The position numbers and the translations under genes are program-made. A stretch of 64,000 nucleotides of DNA from Bigelowiella natans CCMP2755. Lineage: Eukaryota > Protista > Cercozoa. Position 1 is the stretch's first letter, and the number at the start of each line of letters is the position of its first letter. The notes below the pieces were generated by a model. It made no database searches and was not told the DNA's origin. It saw only the letters and a list, made by a program, of their open reading frames with translations. Where the stretch lies: positions 66,505 to 130,504 of the forward strand of contig ADNK01002960.1 in assembly GCA_000320545.1 (NCBI GenBank), given 5' to 3'. Below, piece after piece: positions 21,797 to 33,599 of this stretch.

Positions 21797-24277
21797 TCTG
21801 TCCGAACTTTGTCCAGTATATGAGGCACTTCATTAATATATTAATATACTTAAACAACAATTTTCCTTTTAAATTGCACACCTTACATTCCTATCATTAA
21901 ATTTACCAGAATAAAGACCCCAAACCTAAAAAAAAAAAAAAAAAGGCTCAAACCTAAAAATCAAAAGAAAAAAGTTATTAGTCCTATGAGTCACAAATTT
22001 TGCTATGTTTTGCCATGCAAGTTTTGACTTTCGCAATGTCCGTTATGAGACAACATCCATTATGAAAATCACTTCGGTGTAACAACATAGCTGGGAAGTC
22101 AAGGGCGCGAAAAGATTAACTAACTAACTAACTAACATAATATTCTAGATCTATGAGAAAATTTCGTAGCTTCTAGAACGAATTACTGTTACACTTACGA
22201 CGAAAGTAACGACGCCTCAACTGATCGTAACTAGCGTAACTACAGGGAGAAACACCATGGAGAAGAAGAAGGAGGAGGTGGAGGAGGAGGAGGAGGAGGG
22301 GGAGGGTGGCAAAGAGTCTCATGTTAACTGTGTCCCAGATCGTATTGGGGAGGGTGACAAGGAGTCTTATAGCAACTGTGTACCAGATCGTATTGGGGAG
22401 GGTGACAAAGAGTCTTATAGCAACTGTGTTGTAGATCGTATTGGGGAGGGTGACAAAGAGTCTTATAGCAACTGTGTTGTAGATCGTATTGGGGAGGGTG
22501 ACAAAGAGTCTTATAGCAACTGTGAACCATACCGTATGGATGGCAACTCTGTTCCAGACTATATTCATCCTTCTCAATCCACCAAAGAACAGTACGCAAT
22601 TATAACTATATAGTAGGTGCCACTGCTGGTGTAGGTGGTTGTGGTATAGGTGGTGGTGAGGCTGATGTAGGTTGAGCTTATGGTATTATGAGCGTCTCGT
22701 TAGCTTGAATCTAGGGATCTAATTCCAACTCTTAATCAAATCTTAATCCCTCTAGCTAACCTTAAACCCTTAACCTCTAACCTGAATCCTCAATCTTTTG
22801 ATTTCACAGGTCGAGCGGCTCTACCGCGGGACATCACATGGAAGGTAGATCATTAGTGTAAAGTAAATGAACTATTATAGTAGATGTAACGATTCTGGTA
22901 ATTATGACAATGATGGCAATAATGATAATGTTAATGATGCTAATGGACAATAAGAGAGTGGGAAAGGATGATGATGAGGTTCCAATTTACCACAACCATC
23001 CATTTTTTCTTAAGAGTTTGGACTCTAAGGATATATATTGTTGCTGTGTGTATGTGTCTATCCATGTCTAAAAGACGACGCAAAAATCAAAGCACTCCAA
23101 GCAGGAATCAGATCACTGAAATCGCAAATACAAAAAGTGACCGCAAAATACAAGGAGATGGAGTCGAACATGAAAACGCTCAAAATCGAACGCAATTCTC
23201 TAAAGTCAGAGAATGAATACTTAAAAAATTCACGCAATACAAATCCCATCGGTGCAGAAAAGAACATTAATAGTAACTCACAAACAGATATGGGGCTCAA
23301 TACCAAAGCTCACGGCAAGAGAAGAATGAACAAATTCTACGTAAACAAAGTAGACCTACAACCTACCAACAAGCATTCTGAGGGGAATAGAGACGCAATG
23401 AAGAGGAAAAGCATCATCTACAAGGAATTTGATTGTAAAATCATCAAAGAACTCGGGAGAGGAAACTTTGCCGTGACATACGAATGCAAGCTGACGAATG
23501 GCGACACCGTGGTGCTAAAGAAAGCAACGGTGAATGCGGATGTAGAACAGTTCAAGCAAGAGATGATGGGGCTGTTCAACTCGCAAGGCCAGGTTAACAT
23601 TTTGAAATTCATTGGGATTGTGGAGACCAGCGATGGACGGGCGTGCTTTATCACAGAGTTTTGCGAGCAGGGAAGTCTTGATAAACTTCACGATAAACTC
23701 GATCTGACCATGGATTATGCGTTTTGGAAGATAGCGCAGGGCCTGTTGCTGGGATTGATCCATCTTCACCAAAATCAATATATCCACCGCGATATAGCAT
23801 GTCGCAACATATTGGTTACCAATAATGGAAGCATTCGCATATCCGGCTACGGCTTAGCCGTGCGAGCTTCATCAGGGATATATCTTAGCCATCCCGAAGA
23901 AATGTTACCTTGGCCGTGGATGGCTCCCGAAACTCTCAAGTCCCCTAATCGTAAATTTACCACAAAATCAGATGTGTGGGCAGCAGGTGTGACCCTTTGG
24001 GAGATTCTCAACAAGGGCAAAAGACGGCCATACAACTGCGATCGCTCGGAGGTTCCCGACATTTGTGAAGGGAAGGCGAAATTGGTTGTTCCTAACAAGT
24101 GGCGGGGAACTGACATCGAAGCTGTCGTGCATAAGTGCCTCACGTTTGAACCTGACAAGAGACCGTCAGCATACGAGGCTTTGATTTACAGCACTCCCGA
24201 TGGCTACAAGCAGGTGAGAAAATTTGGAACGAAAGCTATGATACAAAAAAGCTACAACTGGCATTCATTACCTCAAA
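19417..24277. repeat. ~1.15 kb near-perfect inverted duplication (19417-20563 versus 23131-24277)
   Basis: Sense proteins and several antisense shadow ORFs are identical between the arms; only two mismatches noticed (23352/20342 and 24267/19427; not exhaustive). Confidence 0.95.
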
Positions 24278-25212
24278 AAATGTTATGTGGAAGAACTGAC
24301 CCAGGAGCTGTTCTTTGGAACGACAGGCTATATGCGATAGGAACCAATCTTTATAGAGGTGATCAGACAGCCATGGAATCAATAGAATGTTTCGACTTCA
24401 AGACTCAAGAATGGAAGATGCTTTGTACGAAAAAATCTAGCAAAGGTTTGCATTGCCGCGAATATTTTGGAGCTGTTGCTTGGAAGAGCAGGCTGTTGCT
24501 AGTGGGAGGAGATCGAGATCAGTATTCAAAGTCACTGGAATATCTTGATTTGGATGACCCATACGCGGGGTGGAAACAGTTGACACAGAAGATGAAATAT
24601 GCCTATAACCGCCCGAGGGTCATTGTGAGTAACGACAAGTTGTACGTGACAGGGCGTTTTATGGGAAATGTGGAGTGTTTGAATCTAAGCGACGAAGGAG
24701 CTGGATTTCAGGAATTGCCCCGTCGTGCAGGTTCAGAGTGCTACGGCCTTCACGTGTATGATAACCGATTGTATGCTGTTAGTGAGAAAAACGTTCAATG
24801 TTTGCATCTGAAAGAGAATAAAGGTTGGTACACGTTGCCTCTGAAGATGTCAATGAGGCGATCCCCTGGTGTGGCTACATGGCGTCACATATTGTTTGTA
24901 GTCGGAGGGTTTGAAATTGTAGATAGTGCCGACAAAAATACCGATTCAAGGTCATGGCGTTATCATAGAGACTCAATGTGGGTGGATCTGAGGAGAAAGG
25001 TACTGGAATGGAAAAGGATACCTCAGCGAATAACGGATATTAGAAATTTCCCAGGGGCCATTGTGCACTGTGGAACCTTGTATGTGTTTGGAGGCGCAGG
25101 GGAAGATTGTTTTCATAGTGAGGACACAATGGAACACCTCGATATTTCTTCTCTTCTTCAATTGACTTCACATAACAAAGGGCACGATCTTGCCATCGAT
25201 CACAGCTGGTGA
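22257..25212 (+). CDS. Coiled-coil + tyrosine-kinase-like (pseudo)kinase + Kelch repeats, copy B; exons 22257-22591, 22810-22844, 23075-25212
   Basis: GT-AG introns with compatible phases (2, then 1) join an acidic/repeat N-terminus to the 724-aa ORF; same kinase motifs as copy A; Kelch blades LYAIG, LLLVGG, LFVVGG, LYVFGG. Confidence 0.88.
22326..22524 (+). repeat. 48-bp coding tandem repeat x4 (NCVxDRIGEGDKESYS)
   Basis: Units start at 22326, 22374, 22422 and 22470, with a partial unit at 22518; no spacers. Confidence 0.95.
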
Positions 25213-27404
25213 AAGCGCATGCAACAACCTCCTTAACCCTGCAAATCTGGCTGGATAAATAGAGACCCAGTATGCTATATATGAGACGGACGTAATGAAG
25301 TGATTAAATCTTTTCAATAGTCAAGGGCCTAATGTAGCTATGCAAAGCAGCGCGGCTTCGGCGCTTATGTTATAGCTATTTATTTGTTTCTTCTACTATA
25401 TGTTTCATGCAGTTAAAAGCATCTATATTCGCTCGTTAATGCTGTACGTGCGGTATCGTACGCGCAGCAGTTGCTTGCTTTTTTTCCTTACCGCATATAC
25501 GACAGGTTATGAAATAATGCTTTAATTTGCGCATGCAAATGCGCATATGAAACACGTTCATGCGCTAATAGTTTATTAGGCAAATGGATTTAATGACTAA
25601 GCGCTGCAGCCATTAGCTACACTTGCTTAGAGCGAGTATTGAAAAGATTTTATGGCGCAAGCGTTAAGCAAATGTGTCACGTAGTGGTTGCAGCTTCGTT
25701 GTCTTGATCAGGTTTCAGCTTCGTATCAGAAGCTTCGTTCGGCTTGGAGTAGGAACGAGGAAGAACAGGAATGCATCGCGAAAGTGTGAAGATGCACGAG
25801 AAAGCGATGAGGACTAGAGGGGGCTGAGCAGGAGCGTGGATGGACTAAATCTGGAGAATCCTCCAATTCGTTGTGATCGAGTGCAAGTTAGCCGACGAGA
25901 GTGTGCCAGACTTCTGCATGGCGCGGAATTCAGCATGTGAGATGTGATGACTGGGAAATTGAAAGAGATGTTTTGCATGCTGTGTAGATGTCTACGACGT
26001 GTCTACCTTTTTGTCGCACCTGTCCTCTACTGTTGCTTCTGCATCTAATATCGAAGGCTTACACGGACTCGAGAATGACAATGACATGTTGTGAGAAAAG
26101 AGGGTGGTGGAACAAGATTTGCTAGATGCGGCAGCTTGTTCACTGATCAGCTGTTGATGAGGAGCACGTGATGCACCCCCTGCAGCCTTGCATTCTGCAA
26201 GGAACGACATGCATGCTATTAGGAATGCCCAGAGCCTGCGCACATAGGGCTCTAGGAATGTCTGAGAAGGACAACGGAGGCATTTTTTTGAACTTTATGC
26301 ATTTTCCTCAGCGTGTCGTTTTTCATGGCCCATTTTTAGACCAGCTATCAATGCTGATCGAGCCAGCCATCAATGTTAGGATGGGAATCCACGCTGCATG
26401 TGAAGTACAGCGCGCTGCAATGCACGCCACAGCAGACAAATCTGCAGGCTAGTAGGCTCATGCAGGTGCGCACGCTTGGCTAGCTACGCTGGGCTACTTG
26501 ACTAGGTGGTTGCGTGCTGCCTGATGGGGCACGGCGCTGCTGGCAGCGTCTGGAGCGTGCTGGCGTGGGCGTGCATGACGACTGTCGGTCATCGCCTGCT
26601 AAGATCGCGTGTGCAAGTGTGCAATGGAGGTCGTCTCATCTGTGGCCTTTGATGGCCATCAAGCTACGTGGCACACGCACGTGCGAACACATCGTAGCCG
26701 TGATCAACGGCAGCTACGCACCCACTTGCTAATTGCTTGCACGCGCTTTGCTTTGCGCCAATCAGTCGTTGCATCGAGCAGCTAACGCGATCGCATGCGA
26801 TGTGCCACAAGCGCGAGCGACATGCTGGCATGCAGCGCACGCTCAATTGCACAGTTCGTCTGTGGTTCGTGTTAATGGCGACGTGCTGCATCCACACGCA
26901 TGTGCTGGTGTGGACTGCGACGGTGCTAGCGTGCGCACGTTTTGTGACATTCCAAACTAGTCTGCTGATCGTTCGGTCGAACTGCAAGCGCCCGTCCGCA
27001 TGTGTGTCTGGATGTGCTCACCCGCTGCTGGCTTGAGAGGACAAAATGACGATCCATGGCACATGCATTTCCAAAATATTTCATGATGTTTTTTTTTTTC
27101 TTTTTGTTTTTTTTCCTGCTATCATGTGTTTCATGCCTTTGAAATTAGCAATTCACATGCACATGTGCCTGATCGTCTGCTTTCTAGACAGCAGGTCATC
27201 CCTGCATGAATCTCTAGCATCCATCCATGGTCTACCATCACTACCTAGCTACCACTTCTAGACGAGATACGATGGTCCACATCTTTCACGACATCACGTG
27301 TGTTATACATTGCATCTGCTTCTTCACAATATTCACGGGACAACATGAATAAGCTCCCAAGATCGCCTATCGTACAGATGGCACGCATCTACTCCTGTAT
27401 GCGT

Positions 27405-27990
27405 CTATTTTTTCGAATTCGTGGCGACCACTTCCGCCCCCAACCCTCGCTTCAATTCCATGCTTAAGAAGTACAAATCCCTAAAGTCGCTGTTGAACAC
27501 CTGGACCCGTCGATCAATGCAAGATTGCTTGATAAAGATTTTGAGTTCGTGAGATATTGCGAGGTCATAGGGAGTGTCCCCATTTCTGTTTTTTACCTCA
27601 ACATTTGCCTTCATCCCAACAAGGTACTTCACAACATCTAGCTTGCCTTCGCTGGCTGCATGAATCAACGGTGTCCAACCACCTTCGTCCTTGATCTCGA
27701 TGTTTGCCTTCATCCCAACAAGGTACGCCACAACATCTAGCCGGCCTTCGCTGGCTGCAAAAATCAACGACGTCCAACCATTTTTGTCCTTGCTCTCGAT
27801 GTTTGCCTTCATCCCAACAAGGTACTTCACAACATCTAGCTGGCCTTTCCTGGCTGCATTAATCAACGGTGTCCTATCACCTTCAGGGGACAATGCATGT
27901 CGCAACCTTCAATTTGTATTGGTTTTCACAGAGGGGAATGGAATGGCTCAATCAACTGAATTTACCGATTTTTAATGCCTCATGACCCAT
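27405..27990 (-). CDS. Ankyrin-repeat protein; exons 27990-27966 and 27880-27405
   Basis: Three near-identical 99-bp/33-aa units (TPLIxAAxxGxLDVVxYLVGMKANIExK) plus capping GDTPYDLA; a phase-1 GT-AG intron links MGHEALKI to GDRTPL. Confidence 0.85.
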
Positions 27991-28503
27991 CGTCGCCAAC
28001 CCCTACACCAAGACACAACAGAAGCTCTTCGCCTGCCCCAGGAGAAGTTGGCCAGAGCGTGCTCTGACTTTCTTGGAAAAGGACATGTGATTTTAAATGG
28101 TTGTGGACATCTTGAAAAAGAGGGGTTTGAGGGGAATCCTCTCTCTTGCTAGCTAAAGTGTGTGTAATTATTCAACACAATTAATTACTGTTCCGTGATG
28201 CGATGAAAACTTGATGCGAAAATTGCCTTCAGTTTACGGTCTGAGATGAAGCGGGAGGCGCGAATTCGTCGGGAATTTGTGCATGACAAAACATGGAAAG
28301 GTAAACATGTAGTCTTTGCATTGTAGGAAATTTGAGTCCAAGCATTTACTCACAACCCCGCGATTCATGCTGCTGCACCATGACTATCGATGCGAATTCT
28401 TAGAAGGGTTAGTGGGATTCGAAAGTCATATATTGCGGTGACACCAGCTTCAAGTATCTAGAGGCAATTCCGGGATATGATCTGCTGAAATGAAAAGATA
28501 TAT

Positions 28504-28540
<37 letters not shown>

Positions 28541-28545
<5 letters not shown>

Positions 28546-28640
28546 AAAGTCATGTAAATATGCGTGATATTATTGCTAGATATTTATGTGAGCTAGCTTA
28601 AATGAGATCACTAATGGGATTGTTTCAAGTATAATATATA

Positions 28641-28679
<39 letters not shown>

Positions 28680-28772
28680 GTGTATATTTGAAAGTCATGT
28701 GAATATACGTGATATAATTGCTAGATATTTATGTGCTAGTTTGGATGAGATCACTAATAGGATTGTTTCAAG
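28541..28772 (+). repeat. ~90-bp tandem duplication (28541-28630 and 28686-28772), each copy preceded by (TA)n
   Basis: Direct alignment: 7 substitutions and one 2-bp indel. Confidence 0.9.
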
Positions 28773-30829
28773 TTGAATCCGAAAAACTACATGATATGTA
28801 TTCAAACATTTGCCTTCCCATCCAGGGCGACCAAAAACCTCAACTTGATAGATATGCAGAACAAGCGCCAGCTATCGTTTCTATGGCGACAGATAAGAAG
28901 CTCGTCACTGCCAAACGGGAACTGCTCAATGTACTCGCAGTATGATGCAAAATCAAAGTAGTGTGTATGTGTTTGTGCCATTTTACAACATCTACGACAC
29001 TTTGCTCTTTTTCATCTTGAACAACCGAATGAGTAATGCCAACGCAAGCGGCAGAAAAGTATTGTTTCGCGACAGTCTAAAAATAATCAATACGCTTATT
29101 AAAACTAGCTTGACGAATTGTCCTTTCTATTTCTCTCAATTGTGGTTAATCGCACATTTGCGCATGAAAGCTGCTGATAGTTCCTTGAGTCTCTTGGACG
29201 GCCCCTGTTGTGATCATGATCACCGTCACAGACTCGTCTAAAGATTCCGGTATTTTGACATAATTGTGATGATAATCACTGGAGCAGCCATCACAAATGT
29301 CACAAATGTGTGTGTTCCTGTTGTAGTACGCGAAGACAGACGAGCTCCAGTGTCTGTGTCAACAACGATGAGCGTCTTTGGTTGGTTTGTCCTCCACTGT
29401 GAATTCATTGCAAATGCAACTGTGCTACCAACGCCTCTGTCCTCATGGCATGCTTCCACGTTTGCATTTTAGGTCAGATGAGTTGCCAAGCTCCGAGGCG
29501 GTACGTCTCGCGTCGTCACCATCATCAGAGCTAGAGAGAACGATTTGAGTTCTTGAGCCCTTTCAGACTTCTCTGACGACACCATGTTAGGCACGGTGTT
29601 GCACACATGATGGTGGATGGCTCCTGCAATTCAACTGCAGCACACATGATGAGACATCGCCGACTCAGCTACAACACACATGATGGATGAAGGCAACCAA
29701 CTTTGCTCCAAGGCCGCAATGCGAGAAAGCACACGACTAGATGACACATGTTGAAATGAATTTGGCCAGTGAATTTGTTGAAAATGTCAAAATCTGCGCC
29801 CCACACGTATAGACGTTGTCAATGTCTCTGCAAATTTCCGATCTTGCACACGCGCGCAGACACGGATGCTGCTGTTCTAGTGCTAGTCCCATGCCGATTT
29901 GTAGATTGCACCTTCAATCGCAAGTCTCGCGCGGGCACTAATCGACCGATGCGGCGCAAAACGAAGGATCACTAACACTAGAACAACACACATCGTCTAG
30001 TTGTGTGTCACGTTGGACTCAGCATGGCACATGCACATTGCACTGCACTAGCGTGCAAGTCGCTCGCATGGCCAGGTCTAGAGGTAGCTGATGCATGCTA
30101 GCATGGTGGCACGTGAAGGTCCACACTTGGCTAGCGATGGATTTAGAGCTAGCTACTTGTTGCTTAGCCAACCGCCCAGCGCTAGAGCAGCCGCCTGGAA
30201 AGCTGAGCATGCATGCATTGCGCCTGCAGCTAAACAGGAAAGACGTGGACGCGCACAGCTTTGGCTAGCTAGATCGGCAAAGCTCATTATGTGTGTGCTG
30301 TCATTCCTTGATTTAACAAACTAGCGGGCGAATCATTGTCTAGATTGTCGCACTTGCCTACTCACAATTTGCTAAAGTTGTTGCACCTGGGCGGTTTTGG
30401 TGTGCACAATTGTGGCAGCATATGGCAATCTGGCATGGCAATGCAAATTGCAGTCATGCACGGAAGCGTAACGGTAGGCGGTAGCAGACTGAAAGTGCAC
30501 CGCTGAGTCGTTTGCGCGGTGGGTCAGTGTTTTGTGCGTGCGCACTCGCACAAGCTAGTAATGCTAGAATGACCTTGGCAAATTTGAACAGTGCCACTCC
30601 TGCCGGTGAACGGTCGCGCATGAATGCAAAAAAGCCGACACAACATGCATGTGATCGACGTGATTTTCAAGTACTACTTTGCAACATCTTTGATGTTCCA
30701 TGGCGCCATGCAAACGGCTTTGGTCGCATTCCGCGCTTCATCGAACGTTATCGCTAGAGCCGTAAAAATAGCGATTGGTGTAGGTATGAATCATCACCGC
30801 GAGCAACAACTTACGACATCTTTTCATCC

Positions 30830-31577
30830 TCAGCTCGTGATGCAATACCTGAACGAATGCACACTCATTGCAAATCTAGCAGCATCTATAGAACTACATG
30901 TATATATATAAGACTCTCTCTGAAAAGCACTCTTTGTACAACTACTGCGTCTTTGCTCTAGACGTTCACTGATATTTCTACTTTGGCGTTTATAGAAAAC
31001 GAAATGAATACGGCACACACACATACACACACACCACACACACACACACACACAATGTTTTTCGCATCTCTCTTTGTTGATTTCTTTCCGTTTTCACATG
31101 AACAAACTACCACGGGCAGATGCAGGCATCGAGCTACCAGGACGAGGTGCTGACCACAAACACAACGTCAAATATGCAACCTTGCATCAAAACCCGCCCT
31201 TTCCCTACTATGCCAACCGTTTGGAAAAAAAGGAAGGAAAAACACATAACACACGACGGATATATACGCGCTGAAAATATCGAATTTTGTTTGCCCTTCA
31301 GCAACCACAGTGCGGGGAAGACTTCGGGTACGGTGCTAAGTCTATGCTGTATGTTTCGTCGGAGGGGGGGAGAGGAGGGGGATATGCTATTCAGTACATC
31401 GCGCCACGCTTCCATTCTGCGGCACGCGAAAGTCCAATCGAGCCATTGCCTTTGAAACGAGTAAACACGGACAAACGAGCCGGCATTATCATCACCATTG
31501 CACAGATAAGAGACGCTTGCCAGGCCGCGCGCAGTTGCATTTTTCTCGTGCTCTCTAGCCACTTCTCGATTCATACA

Positions 31578-31621
<44 letters not shown>

Positions 31622-33018
31622 GATACAAGTAACAGGACGATGCTCTTGCGCATAAAAACGGAGAGCCTCTGCACAAAACGCCGAGGAAACCTCCACAGCT
31701 GCGAACAACGTGGAGACAACGCGACTGCACAAGTTCAGCTCTCACGCTTTACCTGCCGAGTCAGCCTAACAGCGGCCAGAGACGCCTCCTTCATCAGTAG
31801 GCTCTGCTCCTTTTGAATTGGGATGGGGGGGCAGGGGCGGAAGGGAAAAGCACGTCAAGAAACAAGCGTTAATCTCCTTGAAAAACAACGAGAAGTATAG
31901 ATCGAGTATATCTGGCAATGGCCCCGCACAGTAATAACTCTCCGACCCTGGAATGATAATCTAGAGCTGGGAGGCGGCATCACATCTCTAGCGAGGAAGA
32001 AGGACTCACCGTTGCGAGCATTGCTTGAAACTCTTCGTCGCCTTCAAAGCCTATATCAAGAAAAATGGACGAAATCAAAACTCCACACTGTAAATATATA
32101 TATATATATATATATATTGATATATTTACATATTAAATATCATATATAGCATAATAATTGTACATAACGAGTTCATATCAGCTTTCACACGGTCAACTGA
32201 TGGATCTCTGCTTTTACCCTCTTCCCCCCCCCCCCCCTCATCTTAAAAGCGTCTCGCCGCAATACAAAAGGCACACCCGTACTTTCCGAAGTGAGGTCGT
32301 GTGGTGGAAAATCGTTTGTTCGCAACAAGACACAACGCCGTACACTGCAAGATTTAACTCAACCTGGCGCTGCTGCAGCATAGCTGGAGAAGTAGTCGTG
32401 CGACTCGAGAGCATCTTCTTCATTTTGGCCAAAGTCCTGAAACAACCAAATCCATGCGAGGCGTGAGCTGTTACTAAAGCGAGGAGGGGCGCGTGATGAC
32501 CAAATAACCAAACTTATCATAATGTAATGTACGTCATCAGTTGTAGAGGATTAATGCAGAACCTCGATCTTACTCAAAAACCATGCTAAATTATTAAAGG
32601 GAAGATGTCGGTTGGCACTATAGTGTGAGAGCCTCTGCAAACCTACCTCTCTTGGATGTTGTGGTGTGCGAGCTCTGTCGCCGTTGAAAGGCCGATTGCC
32701 ACCGCCTCCTCCCCCCCCCCCTCCTCCTCTTCCACCCCCCTCGTTATGATGGCTGTTTGCTGCATTAGTACATAAAATTAAACGCCGTATATTTAGCGTC
32801 AAGACTAGATAATAGCAAAATTGTGAGTGCGGACTACTGGGAGGAAACAAGAGCTGATAAGAGGTAGAATCGAGGAATAAAACCGCTGATGATTCTTATC
32901 GTGCTATGTATGTTCTAAATATATACACTAATGCCATTCTGTTGGGTGAAACAGCAAAATAAGTGTGATATCGCTCGCAACTGAGAGGTACTAGTATCTT
33001 GGTGCCAACTCACCCTTC

Positions 33019-33064
<46 letters not shown>

Positions 33065-33562
33065 GAGAGAAAGAAATAGAGAGAGAGAGATAGAGATATC
33101 TTGAACAACGACTACCTCGTGCATCCTGGAGTTCCTGCTTCAATCTAAGCCGCCAAAAAGCAAAAGAAAAAGCGAAATATTTAACTTCTTCCTTTCCTCT
33201 GCTGTAGTCCCTCCTCCCCTCCCTCCCCCCCCCCCCTTTTTGTTGTCTGTGTATGCTCACAGTAGATATGAAGCAACCTTTGCACCAGAGCGTTCTTCGA
33301 GTCAACTTCCACTAATTCAAAAACGGAAAGGAGCGGGGAAAAAGAACATATCAACATAATAGGAAGTGTATTAACTTCAGCACCGTCATTAAAATGCCCC
33401 GCCACCATGCGCGAGGAAATCACTCGAAAGTAGCGAACACAAGTACGACTTTGCTTGCGCTCTAGATCCCCCTTTAGAGCAATCAGCTGGGAGCTGCAAA
33501 GTAAAGCACAAAGCGAGTAAGAATTTTCGATGTTTAAGATATATATATATATATATATATAC

Positions 33563-33599
<37 letters not shown>

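Noticed and set aside
22326-22524. CRISPR-like array
   Set aside because: Contiguous 48-bp in-frame units with no unique spacers, in a eukaryotic exon.
28230-29240. Possible plus-strand gene fragments
   Set aside because: A few exon-like pieces but no recognisable domain and no consistent spliced frame.
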